The translations under genes were made by a program, and so were the position numbers. Positions 1-11,849 of a stretch of 64,000 nt of DNA are shown in pieces; the first letter of the stretch is position 1; the number at the start of each line of letters is the position of its first letter. Origin of the DNA: Mytilus trossulus (Eukaryota); NCBI RefSeq assembly GCF_036588685.1, contig NC_086378.1, positions 26,970,001 to 27,034,000 on the forward strand, given 5' to 3'. The notes beneath the pieces are model-generated. The model did no database searches. It was not told the DNA's origin and saw only the letters and a program-made list of their open reading frames with translations.

Positions 1-320
1 TCAAATCATTCATTAGATGGTTGGTATTTATTATCTAAGCTGCACACATTACTTATGATGTAAGCAGTTGTTACCCTCAAAAGCCTTAAATCCTGGTAGA
101 CAAAATGTAGCTGTAACAATTATAGTTTGTTTTCCGTTACACTTATATATTTTATATATGTATACAGGATTCATTGTGTTCTTTACAATGTAATATGTCT
201 ACCTATCCCATTGATAAATGAATTGGAATAATACACATTATTCACCAAATAGCTATTTAACACGGATATCGATGTTATACTGGAAGAACACATTTGAACT
301 TATTGCGCATCTTATGAAGT

Positions 321-1421
321 TCATGGGTTTTGTTCAACAGTTGATATTGCATCATCGTCATCGTCGTCAATATTCCATTCATGTACGAGAACATTCGGCG
401 AGCCGTAGTCGTGACTAGTTATTAACGTGTCCAGTTTTTCAGGAACATATTTTACTTCAAATCTTTTGTCATGTGTGAGTGTTATGTTCAGAATTTCAGC
501 TACTATTCCGAGGTAGACATCATCAATAAATATTTGTTTCACGTGAGGAAAAGTCTTTGATATTTCTTTTACCACGTCCATAGAGAGTAACATAGATCCG
601 CCACTAATGTATGGAGGCCAATGTTTGTTAGGGTACTCGTCGGTAGATACGTACCATTTAGATTCTTTCTTTCTACGAACTACAGCATGTTCATACTTAA
701 AACCAATGAACACATTCTCGTCTTCAAATTCAGTAATATTTTCTATAAGATCTAATAGTAGTGGTATGTTTACATAATAGTCATCGTCTACAAACAGAAC
801 AAACTTAGCTTGACTGCAGTCAGACACAGCCCAGTTAAATCCCATTATAGTCTTTAGAGTATTGTTTTTATACTCGTCCATGAAGTCCTCTTGCACCATG
901 TCTTCATACAAATCATATTCCATCTTAGTAAATGACGTTATTAGCGGTGAATCCCCTAATAAAAACGCTATTTGTATTGAATTGTTTGTAAAGTTTCCCC
1001 AAGTTGCTCGGATAGCCATGCGATGTCCAATTTGAAAGACATTAGATTTTACTAAAATTAATAATCTTGGGTCAACAGGATTACCGGTTGATTTACAAAC
1101 ACGGGATGGTATACGTTTATATCTATATGGATGTGGATTGATAATTTCGTCAAACAATACTCGAGGTTTGACAGTTGCATTACCTAATGTGGTAGTTTCG
1201 GTCGGAATGGTAGGAACGGTTGTGGCATATTTTGTTCTTGGGAAAGCTGTGATGATTAATGGCGGCAATTCTATTTCATCTGTTGGTATTGAGATTTCGT
1301 TTAATGTTGTGACTTCTATTTTCACGTGACGAGAAAGAACCATTAGCATAACACTTGATATACTGACCAGTAAGATAACTGCTGGTAATGTGCGCAGAAT
1401 TTTGATTATTTGTCTGTTCAT
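321..1421 (-). CDS. GT31 beta-1,3-glycosyltransferase (B3GALT/brainiac-like), copy 1, 366 aa, single coding exon
   Basis: Type II membrane topology (N-terminal TM, T/P-rich stem); motifs R-x-AIR-x-TWG, FVDDDYYV (DxD), WPPYISGG, IDDVYLG. Predicted 5'UTR intron 1476..2279 (donor CAG|GTAAGA, acceptor TTTCAG). Confidence 0.93.
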   Translation of the reverse strand: MNRQIIKILRTLPAVILLVSISSVMLMVLSRHVKIEVTTLNEISIPTDEIELPPLIITAFPRTKYATTVPTIPTETTTLGNATVKPRVLFDEIINPHPYRYKRIPSRVCKSTGNPVDPRLLILVKSNVFQIGHRMAIRATWGNFTNNSIQIAFLLGDSPLITSFTKMEYDLYEDMVQEDFMDEYKNNTLKTIMGFNWAVSDCSQAKFVLFVDDDYYVNIPLLLDLIENITEFEDENVFIGFKYEHAVVRRKKESKWYVSTDEYPNKHWPPYISGGSMLLSMDVVKEISKTFPHVKQIFIDDVYLGIVAEILNITLTHDKRFEVKYVPEKLDTLITSHDYGSPNVLVHEWNIDDDDDDAISTVEQNP

Positions 1422-1602
1422 ATTGTACTCTTCTGTTACATGAAAAAAGACTAGCTTCGTTTATATTCATCCAGTCTGAAACAAAGATATGGCTTATATT
1501 AAGATCATGAAAATAAAGTTAGACAAAAAGTAAATAAAAGTAAATATAAATATACACCAAATGGTTAGCAAGTCGATTACAAAAGTAACCAAAAAATGTA
1601 CA

Positions 1603-1920
1603 CGGAGGCGTCTATTAAAGTGTGTATGTGTTTGTAGATGGAGGCGTCTATCAAAGTGTATATGTGTTTGTAGATGGAGGCGTCTATTAAAGTGTATATG
1701 TGTTTGTAGATGGAGGCGTCTATTAAAGTGTATATGTGTTTGTAGATGGAGGCGTCTATTAAAGTGTATTTGTAGATGGAGGCGTCTATTAAAGTGTGTA
1801 TGTGTTTGTAAATGGAGGCGTCTATTATAGTGTATATGTGTTTATAGATCGAGGCGTCTATTAAAGTGTATATGTGTTTTTAGATGGAGGCGTCTATTAA
1901 AGTGTGTGTGTGTTTGTGAG
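1603..1920. repeat. 36-bp minisatellite, ~9 copies, inside the predicted 5'UTR intron of copy 1
   Basis: Unit TGGAGGCGTCTATTAAAGTGTATATGTGTTTGTAGA repeated head to tail; one unit is 30 bp. Confidence 0.95.
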
Positions 1921-3092
1921 TGTGTGAGAAAGAGATACATTTTCTGGAATCTTCGTAAATAAGTTCTTTTAAAATTGATTTGTATTAGAAGCACATAGAA
2001 TCGGCGAAAAAATAAAAAATGTTCAAAAATGTGTCTCGAAATCATCAAATCTAGAAATAAAATTTGATATGCGGATGATTAGTTAATATCCGTTTGAACG
2101 GGATAAAATATTAAATCTTGACTCAGTGTCACCGACTTCTTCCTTAATCTTGCATGTCGATACGTGAAAATGTAAGGTACATACAAGAAAAAGAATTACA
2201 CTTTATATAAAAACAAAAAGATACAATAAAGTAACACATAATGCTCGCTAGTACTAAAAGCAAGCTCAAAGTATCTTACCTGCCGATTCGAAAAAATATA
2301 TGACGGTTCTGGATGAAGACTTTGTATTTATACAATGTATCTTTTTGATATACATAAACAATAAGGATGATAACAAATTATCTGTTTATATTTGATCATT
2401 ATGGTGTAAAGACGTGTTTACTTAAGTCAGTGATATACACTATTTTTTGTTTATTTTTGAAATAACAAAATCACTATCAAAGTCAAATTATGTAATATAA
2501 GTGCAGTGACAGTACTGCTGTTGTTAATCAATTGATTGATGTTCGTTTCAGTACGTTTACAGCAATTGATTTTGTTCTTTTACTTTATCGTTTGTTTATT
2601 AATTTATGTTGCAATTTACTGAGTGTTTATCCTTGCACCAGGTGTATTTCACGTGGTTATTGACATATGACATCAACTTCCAAGCAAGGACCGAAGCTCA
2701 TAAACCTTGCCGTCATCGGTATTTTTGTTAAACGCAGGACTTCGGGAATGTCCGGAGAGCCGACAACCTTGCTTCGGAAGTTGATATGACATAAGTCCGC
2801 TGTTATTAGTCTACAGTTGTCATGCTGCTGATCTTTTCTTGTCAATACTTTACTTTTAATTAAAGCAAATTAAAGCACATTTAGTTTTTTCTTGTTATTA
2901 AATATGTAAGGTTTTTAAGCGTACGATGACCTATTATAGTTGTGTCATTTTGGCCTCCTGTGGAGAGTTGTCTAATTGGCAATCATACCCCCATCTTCTT
3001 ATTTATATTCATCCGGAATCTAAAATCTAATTTACGATAACATCATCGCTGCAAGACATACAGTACTAAACAAGATTTCAGAGAATAAGTAC

Positions 3093-3230
3093 GCCTGTAC
3101 CAAGTCAGGAATATGACAGTTCTTGTCTATTCGTTTTTGATGCGTTTTGTTATTTGATTTTGCCATGTGATTATGGACTTTCCGTATTGATTTTCCTCTG
3201 AGTTCAGTATTTTTGTGATTTTACTTTTTT
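3093..3230 (+). repeat. Interspersed repeat family B (CCTGTACCAAGTCAGGAATATGACAG...TTCAGTATTTTTGTGATTTTAC)
   Basis: Related copies at ~10800-10920, 17100-17235, 39450-39750 (interrupted) and 41600-41790. Confidence 0.75.
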
Positions 3231-3459
3231 CTTCAATATATTAATAAGATTTGAACAAAATTGCATATAACTTACTGACGATAAAATCGAAACATCCTTA
3301 TTATCACAGCCAATCGGATAATAAGATATGTGATTCTGTTCAATTAACATTTTGCTTTAAAATATTGCAATAATTTATCAAAATAATCAAGTCAAGGTTT
3401 ATCATTCCGCAGTTTAAGGTCTTTTTAAAGGATGGTTGTTTATTATGTGTTTATCAAAA

Positions 3460-3670
3460 TAAAAAGATGTGGTATGGTTCAGTGCCAATAAGACAACTTT
3501 GTACGAGAGTCCAAATGATATTTTCCTTCAACAATGAGCAAAACCCATACAGCATAATCAGCTATTTTTATAAAAGGCCCCGAAATGACAGATGTAAAAC
3601 AATTCAAACGAGAAACCCAAAGGATGATTTATGTTCAAAACTAAACACAAAAAAACAAATATAATATACG
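3460..3670 (+). repeat. Interspersed repeat family A, diverged copy
   Basis: AAGATGTGGTATG...GCCAAT...AAAAGGCCCCG...AAAACAATTCAAACGAGAAA, similar to 5046-5270. Confidence 0.8.
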
Positions 3671-4454
3671 GAAACAGATTTGACTTTTTGTCTGATAGAA
3701 TCCTATAGTTTTATACACGAGTGCCAATTGAATTTTTTCCCTCCAAACCCCTTTCATTCTTTTCATAATTTGTAACATATAATTCCAAATTCCTTTAAAA
3801 TTTGTTAAAATCGTATACAGTATTTGTATTTTTTTCATAGATTTTGATAGAAAATTGATTCAAATGTTTCCTGCCAAGTTTTCAGAAATCTTTTCAGTAC
3901 TTTTAAAGTTCCGTTATTTATATATAGTCTTTTAAAAGAAGGGCTTGTTTTTTTTTAAAACGGTAAAGTGAAAAATTCTTCAAATGTTTACGGGTGTGAC
4001 CTTAAAGCTTTAACAGCGAATTATTCAGTACATTTTATGGTAAATATATAATTTTGAGAGTCTCAAACTAACACGAACCCTGCTATATAGTGTTATCTAA
4101 ATCAAGCTTATAATATCTGATAGTAAATACATATGTTGCCAACTATAGGGTGATTGTAAGGAGTGTGTGAATAGATGTTACGTGTTGCTTTACAAATTCT
4201 TTAATATGTTGCAATGCAAACAACTGCAATATTGACAAAGTTCTTAACCGAATAGCAAAGTAAACTCGCTTATCTAATGTATTTCCTGATTACACGATGG
4301 AATGAGGTTCATCTCTTAAAACCATTCAATATTTCGATAGCTGACATTTTTTTTCGAAGAGAAACTGAATGAATTTCAAATACTCCTACCCGCTTAATGT
4401 ATTTGCTTCCCAAATTTTGCTTCATAAAAGATATATGCAAACAAACTAATTATT

Positions 4455-4659
4455 TTTTTTACATAAATAAGGCCGTTAGTCTTCTCGTTTGAATTGTTTT
4501 ATATTGTCTTATCGGGGCCTTTTATAGCTGACTATGCGGTATGGGCTTTGCTCATTGTTGAAGGCCGTACGGTGACCTATAGTTTTTAATGTTTGTGTCA
4601 TTTTGGTCTTTTGTGGATAGTTGTCTCATTGGCAATCATACCACATCTTCTTTTTTATA
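4455..4659 (-). repeat. Interspersed repeat family A (very abundant ~200-bp non-autonomous element)
   Basis: Near-identical to 61256-61443 and reverse complement of 5046-5270. Confidence 0.9.
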
Positions 4660-5045
4660 GGTTCGTATGGGAATTATTTTCTTCAATTGTATCACTGATA
4701 TTTATTTATAAATAAGTAACATAAGTTACCATGGACTGTTATACCTAGAAACATGTTTCAAACCCATATAGGTATTATTTTAAGATGCGATGAGGAGGTA
4801 GTTTGGTTTTGTTTAAAATATCCTACTTTAATAATAGTAATCTTTTTTTGTAAAGGTCAATCTTGTTGTAGTTTAGAGACCTTTTGCAATATTGGAAGTA
4901 AGATAAATGGTTAAACAATCATGATTTGATGCTATCAGAAACTATTTGAAATGAAAAATAGATTTAGCTTCTTTTTTTTGACACGATGGAATACAGTTAA
5001 CTTGTATAACAGGAAATAGCTCCATAAGTTCAAATTCAGGAGTCA

Positions 5046-5270
5046 TATAAAAAAGAAGATGTGGTATGATTGCCAATGAGACAACTATCCACAAAAGACC
5101 AAAATGACACAGACATTAACAACTATAGGTCACCGTACGGCCTTCAACGATGAGCAAACCCCATACCGCATAGCCAGCTATAAAAGGCCCCGATACATTG
5201 TAAGACAATGTAAAACAATTCAAACGAGAAAAAAATAAACGAAAAACAAATATGAAACACTTAAACAAAC
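5046..5270 (+). repeat. Interspersed repeat family A
   Basis: AAAAAAGAAGATGTGGTATGATTGCCAATGAGACAACTATCCACAAAAGACCAAAATGACAC... Confidence 0.9.
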
Positions 5271-6162
5271 GTCAGTATATCAGTGGTTTTCTTTGATTGC
5301 TCTCTGTCATAATTATTTTTTCGTTTTATATTGGTTTGTCATAAATTATGCTATTTGTATCACATTTTGTCAATTGGAGGGTTTTACAGCTGATCTTACG
5401 GCATTTATAACAGCCCTCTTTAATCTTTTAATTACACTTTCATTTTAAAGTGTCTGCAAATTTTGTGGTTTTGATCGTGAAATATGCACGGAACATAGAT
5501 AAACAAAAAAAATATCTATTTGCATTACATTTGACAAATTTCCGCCTTCCTGTTATCTGAGATTTCATGATTAAAAACTTTAAGTGTTTTACTTCAAATA
5601 ATTGTTTCTTATTATGAAACTTTGTTATTTTTCGAAAAACAATCATGTGTGTGATGTTTGTGAAATTGCATTTTTAAATGTTATACAGGAAAATAATTTC
5701 CCCGGATTTCCAAGTATTTGAAATTTCATGATAAAATCTTAGTTTATTAATCAGACACTGTACTTATATTTGTTCAATCAATTTTTGTATTCATATTCTA
5801 AAATTTTAAAGTTTTCATTGATTTGAAAGAAAAAAAATCCAATTTAATTCAATTTGAAACTAAGTTTATAATTCCAGAACTATTATCATAAATATTGAAA
5901 AATATAGTAAAAATGACAGATACAAATATTCTACATGGATGTGGGATGTTTAAAATGAATGCTTCTTCACATTTATACCAAATATCAATAGTGGTTTTCC
6001 TTCAACTCACAAACGTTAACACATTATTGACGGTCTCGTCTCTACAACTTAGTTGATGCGAGGCAAACGCTATCACTGCATGTTAGAGTTTGTCACTCAG
6101 AAAATTAGGATACTGCATATATGCAATGTAATGAATTGTGTATGTCCATACATGTATAAGTA

Positions 6163-6343
6163 TATAAAAAAAGATGTAATATAATTGCCAATGAGAAAAC
6201 TATTCACAAGCGACCAAAAAGACACAGCAATAAACAACTATAGGTCACCGTACGACCTTCAACCATGAGCTAAGCCCATTCCGCAAAGTAGTCTATAAAA
6301 GTCCCCAAAATGATAAATGTAAAACAATTCAAACGGGAAAACT
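6163..6343 (+). repeat. Interspersed repeat family A, diverged copy
   Basis: Shares ACAACTATAGGTCACCGTACG and AAAACAATTCAAACG blocks. Confidence 0.85.
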
Positions 6344-7359
6344 TACTATTTATTGTATTTATTAATTAATTAACTAGTATATTTATTTATTTATTATATA
6401 AGTTTTTTAGTTGAGAAACAAATTACAGAATATTAATACTTACTTGACTGAAAAGGAAATGGTCAAATCCGTCCATGTTTTACTGGAACAAATTAAGATA
6501 TAACCATTGATAGTGTATGATTGGAAAATTTTAACTTCCAACTACGATTATATTATGGTGAAGCCACCTTTATCGCCTCAAATAATTATTATTTCGCAAT
6601 TTTATCCTAGTAACATATTGTTCAGGAAGTTGATAAAGAAATTCTTTAGTCTCCGTCAGTTAATCTTATTTACATATGATTCGACAGGAGTGGTGACCAA
6701 ATTCACGACTGGCTTTATTCAAATTATTAGTGTGCAGAATTTAGAAACGAACATTGCACAATTACGCGATTATGATTATCACAAGTACATGTAAGATACA
6801 CAAACCTTATGTCAAAAGGTGACGAATAACTCTTATTTCAACTTAGTGCGGTGCATAACTACAAAACGGTCTCACAAGTTTGATATCAGCAATACAGGAA
6901 ATATATTCAGGCTAATTTCCTCAATACCTTACTATATTAAGTCATTGACATTTAACTGTCTTATCACATTATATTCAATACCAACAAGGATACGTAAGAT
7001 TTTTCAAACATTAGATTTTGAACAAAAAAATTTAATCTTCGCGTTATCATATTTATTCGTGATAATGAATTTGACCTTTCTTTGATCAGTACAAATGTAT
7101 ATCTTTATACGAGTATTTACTAGATGTCATTGGTTCACATTCAATACGTATATAGTGTCTGTTCCAACAAAAATCAATTGAGAAGATTATCGGGGGGAGG
7201 GGGAGGGACATACTAAGGAACCGAATGAACTCCAAAATGAACCAACAGAATAAGCGTCTATTGTTATGCACGCATCAGCAACAATACCAATCAACTATCA
7301 AGCAAACTGTCACAATCGAAAATTAAATAAAGACCCAACGGTTAATTGCTCACAGGAGT

Positions 7360-7516
7360 TTGACATCCTATCAAAACGGGGTAAAATATACAAAACTCGA
7401 CTATCACAGTAGAGCTTCGAGTTGAAATCCTATCACTAACGGCGTAAACATATATCAAACTCGACTATCACAGTAGAGCTTTTCTCGAAGAAACTGTGAT
7501 TGTCGAGTTTGGTATA
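7360..7516. repeat. ~62-bp direct repeat followed by a 24-bp-arm palindrome (possible Crypton-type end remnant)
   Basis: AAACTCGACTATCACAGTAGAGCTT twice; TATATCAAACTCGACTATCACAGT pairs with ACTGTGATTGTCGAGTTTGGTATA (2 mismatches). Confidence 0.6.
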
Positions 7517-7920
7517 ACGCACGATACTGGTGTCACCTAACGTTACACACCCAAAGACGTAAGACAAAATAAAAGCGTTGGAATGCATGTTGTTCAGATG
7601 GCTTTTAACAATTTTTTTTTTAAAAAAGGACTTGATTTTTTTCCCGAAGAAAGGATTTTTTTTCTTAGATAAAAGATGCTAAGCTTTAGATTTATTATCA
7701 AATCAAAAATAAAAAGTAACTTGAATTGAAACCATTTAGTTATATACATTTTAATTATAAAGGCAATCGATTTCTCAGGGTTTTTTATGGATAAACTATG
7801 CACTGCAAATGCATTCATTTTTGCACTCCAGAATGTCAAGGCGAGAGGACTACGGCATATCTAGCATGGCAGTTCTGCACAAATATATGCGAGGGAATTA
7901 GCGGGAACAATTATCATAGC

Positions 7921-8059
7921 GAGGGGGGATAGGAGAGGTCCTGATCCCGAAATCCCGGGCTTAAAACACGAAATCCCGAGGTCCCGAAAGGATCAATCCC
8001 GAAATCCCGTGCTTAAAAACAACCGATCCCGGAGTTCCGATAAAGATCATATCCCCCTC
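7921..8059. mobile_element. Small MITE-like element with internal ATCCCG repeats
   Basis: Imperfect terminal inverted repeat GAGGGGGGATA / TATCCCCCTC; GC-rich island with repeated GAAATCCCG. Confidence 0.55.
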
Positions 8060-11000
8060 TTTTTTTCTATTAATTTGTATTATAGCGGATCCGACTATTA
8101 TAGTCCGGAAAACACTTCAGTTCCGCGTGGAAATCTCTCTCACCCCTTCTTTCTGAATCGGTAGAGCTTCAACATAAAACATTAATTTTAACGGGTTTTT
8201 TTTATTAAGCAACAAAATAAAATAGCCGTATTCCAAATCGTCTGTGAAACCCGCAATCATTACAATTAGACGGAACGTTAGACGCATATTTTATTGAATA
8301 ACGTCAAAATCGTATGTGGGGACATTGTATCGGACATTTTAGTTTTATCCGATATCTCATATATTAGATTTAATTTATGGGAATTTAATATCAAAATAGA
8401 GATATTTTTTTGTACTTTTATCCATTATAATTTTTTCTTATGTAGCGAATGACACTGTATTAGATAAACATCACGAAAAAACAGAAAACAGAAAACGTAA
8501 CCCTAGTACGTTTAATTTGGTTTGAAGGGGACAAAATATCGGACATTGCTAATCAACTCGAATAAAAAGAATTTGTTTTAAACATTCCTGATTATTACAT
8601 GAGGCGAAAGTGTGATCTTTGTACAAAATACTAGTGTAAGAAGTATTTACTTTCGACATGGGGGTTGCTCTGGAATTCCCTTTTTCGGACAAATTAAAAA
8701 AAATTTACGGCAACCTTTTATGCATGGGACACATAATTTGTATCATCTTGATCCCTTTTTTTTTTTTTATATTTCCGTATTTTCGAGAGAGAGAAATCGA
8801 CATTACGTCATCGCCCACTTATAAATTGGTTGTTCTAGACACATTTTTATATCGTTTGGTAAAAACAAATTATATGTTTTTTACGGTATTCAGAATTTCA
8901 GAAAACTAAAAGTGTAACGCGGGACAAGGAAATCATATTGCAAACTAAAGGTTTTTATTGAATTTTAATTAATGAAAATGGTCTGTTACATATATAAAAT
9001 TGCAATAATCTGAAAGACGAGTTTTAAAGCTTTAAAATGATATACAACACTTTATAACATCATTTTTATGTTTGAAAATTAACTAGATGACTGTGGCTTG
9101 TCCGTGATTTCACCAAAGTAACACCAGTAGCGTGGTTTCATCATGATATAACTTTCTTTTCGTTATAAGGCTTAACGATTACCGTTATGCGTAGTAATTT
9201 GCACGGGTGGATTCACCCGTGCATACCTAAGCGGGAATTAATTCATTCGACGGTTTGCATTCAATCAGTCTACACGTTTAATTCAATTGCTGTTAAGGTC
9301 TGTTTGACTTTTATTTTGTTTTCGTTTTGAAACAAACGCAATTGTTGTTCTATAGGGGTTGTCTTTCACACGTATATTAAGATTATTCTTATAGAATTGT
9401 ACAATTCAGTAGATGCACATGTATACTGTACAGTATTTAATCAATTTTCTCTTTTCATTCAATTACATGTAGTTGTGAATTGTTTCTAATTTTTGTAATT
9501 ATATTTTGTAGATTGTTCAGGCTGTTGATCATACTTCTAGTGAAGAACATGTGATAAGGACTGTTTTTGGCGTAACACCCGCCATTCTAAATTTAGTTTT
9601 TTTTCACATGTTACTTATGTTCCGAATGTATTATTAAAAGACTGGATGCTGCAAACCTACATCCCATAGTATATTTGTGCGTTGTGTTATTAAGCCTAGT
9701 TGTATAGAAAAGAAATACTTTATGTTCGGTTGAACCCGTGAAAAAGAACTTAACTTGCTTTAATTAATACTCATAGGAGCACGGAAATTGACAAAAGGGC
9801 AGTGATCGGTCAGTATACTAGAGCCTCTTCAGCAGGATAAAATTATCAGCAATAGCCTTTTTAGAAAAGTTTTGTATGTTCAATGGCCAGGAAAACGAAA
9901 GCCGAAAGCGTTGAGTATTGGTCAAGTTTGACAGATCAACGAAGAATGTAGATGTAAGAATGTTATTTGGTTCTTTTATTGATTTTATCTGTTTTTAAAT
10001 AATAAAACTAATTTTTTAAAAAGAGTATATTTTGAGTAACCATATGCCTGATGAACAAATCAAAGCATAAAATTTGTTAAAAAAAGTTAACTTAATAATG
10101 GCCAAAAACGCTTTTCAAACCCCACCCCCCTTTTTTAACTCTGGATCCGCCAATGACATATAGTCTATGCGTAGTGACGGTAAGTTACATAGTGAGCTAG
10201 TGACCTTATACGATATATATGGGTTATTTTAAATTTTTAAATATATTTAATACAGTTCGTTGACTTTTTTTTTTAAATTTAAAACATGTTATTTAAAATA
10301 TTGTAGTAAATTAACTCAATAGTATTTATGTGTTATATCTAATCTAAATCAATGTCTCCACAACAGATCATGCAGATGTCATGCGAATAGAAACGGTTGC
10401 TAGGTCTCATGTATTTGATACGGTACCTTACTTCTTTTGATGCAAATTAACTATTCCATACGTTTAAATCTATCGAGCAAATCATGTTGAATTTTATATA
10501 GGTTTAAATAATTTTCACTTCGTACAAAGAAACGCCCAAACCTTTTTCAGAACGTATGCACTTGCCAACAAAATGGGCTTCAAAGTAAAGTGTCAGTCTT
10601 TAAATGTTTTTTGTTCCTTTTTCACAAAAGCTGCGAAACAACAACTAAACAATTACATTGTTAAATTTTGTTTAGGAAACCGAAAAAAAAAAATCCTTTA
10701 CTTTCAATCTATATCATTTAACCTGCCAGTGGCTAAAATTATGAAGTTATAAATAATTTAAACGAATCCATCATTTTCTACGCGCCAAGTGAATGGCTGT
10801 ACGTACCAAGTCAGGAATGGGACAGTTGTTTTCCATTCGTTTGATGCGTTTCACTTTACATTAATTTATTTGTGCAATTTGATGAGGGACTTTCCGTTTG
10901 GAATTTTACTTGGGATTCGGCATGCATGTTTGTTCATCAGTGATGCAAACGCATCTTGGACTTTTACTACACAATCTTATATGTGTGTTTCTCTTCGTTT

Positions 11001-11082
11001 CTGTTATATCATATATGGACATTTTGAGGATGCGGATTTCTTATCGTACATTAAATAAATTATCATCAATCGATCTGTAATT

Positions 11083-11660
11083 CAAATGGACTGCCCCTAC
11101 AATAGAAAAAAACAAAGTGACTGTCCCTACCATGAATAAAAACAAATGGACTGCCCCTACCATGGACAAAAACAAATTGACTGCCCTTACCATAGATATC
11201 AAAAGAAATGGACTGCCCCTACCATAGACAAAAACAAATTGACTGCCCTTACCATAGATAAAAACAAATGGACTGCCCTTACCACAGACAAACACAAATT
11301 GACTGCCCTTACCATAGACTAGATAAAAACAAATGGACTGCCCTTACCATAGACAAAAACAAATTGACTGCCCTTACCATAGATATAAAAAGAAATGGAC
11401 TGCCCCTACCATATGCAGAAACAAATTGACTGCCCTTACCATAGACAAAAACAAAGTGACTGTTCCTACCATAGATAAAAACAAATGGACTGCCCCTACC
11501 ATAGAAAAAAACCAGTGTCTTTTTCTACCATAGATAAAAACAAATGGACTGGCCCTACCATAGAAAAAAACAAAGTGACTGTTCCTACCATAGATAAAAA
11601 CAAATGGACTGCCCTTACCACAGACAAAAACAATCTGACTGCCCTTGGCACAGAAAAAAT
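11083..11660. repeat. ~30-bp minisatellite, ~19 copies
   Basis: Unit AAAAACAAATGGACTGCCCCTACCATAGAT with variants; no unique spacers. Confidence 0.95.
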
Positions 11661-11849
11661 CCCAAATTAACTTCCGTAGCATAGGAACAAAACTGTCATG
11701 TTGTGACTATCTAAAGACATCTAAATTGGTGTTCTTATCTTATATTGTAGGACAAGTCCAATGATATATTCTAATATGCAACAAATTTGACAAGCACGGT
11801 TATGACAAGAACAACTATAGTTTAAGAAACACTGAAGGAACAACATAAT

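Noticed and set aside
1561-1830. Cys/Arg-rich 89-aa ORF resembling a metallothionein or antimicrobial peptide
   Set aside because: It is the translation of the 36-bp minisatellite, antisense within a predicted intron; no signal peptide or independent support.
11083-11660. CRISPR-like appearance of ~30-bp repeats (also 17530-17752)
   Set aside because: Head-to-tail units without unique spacers, no cas genes, eukaryotic context.
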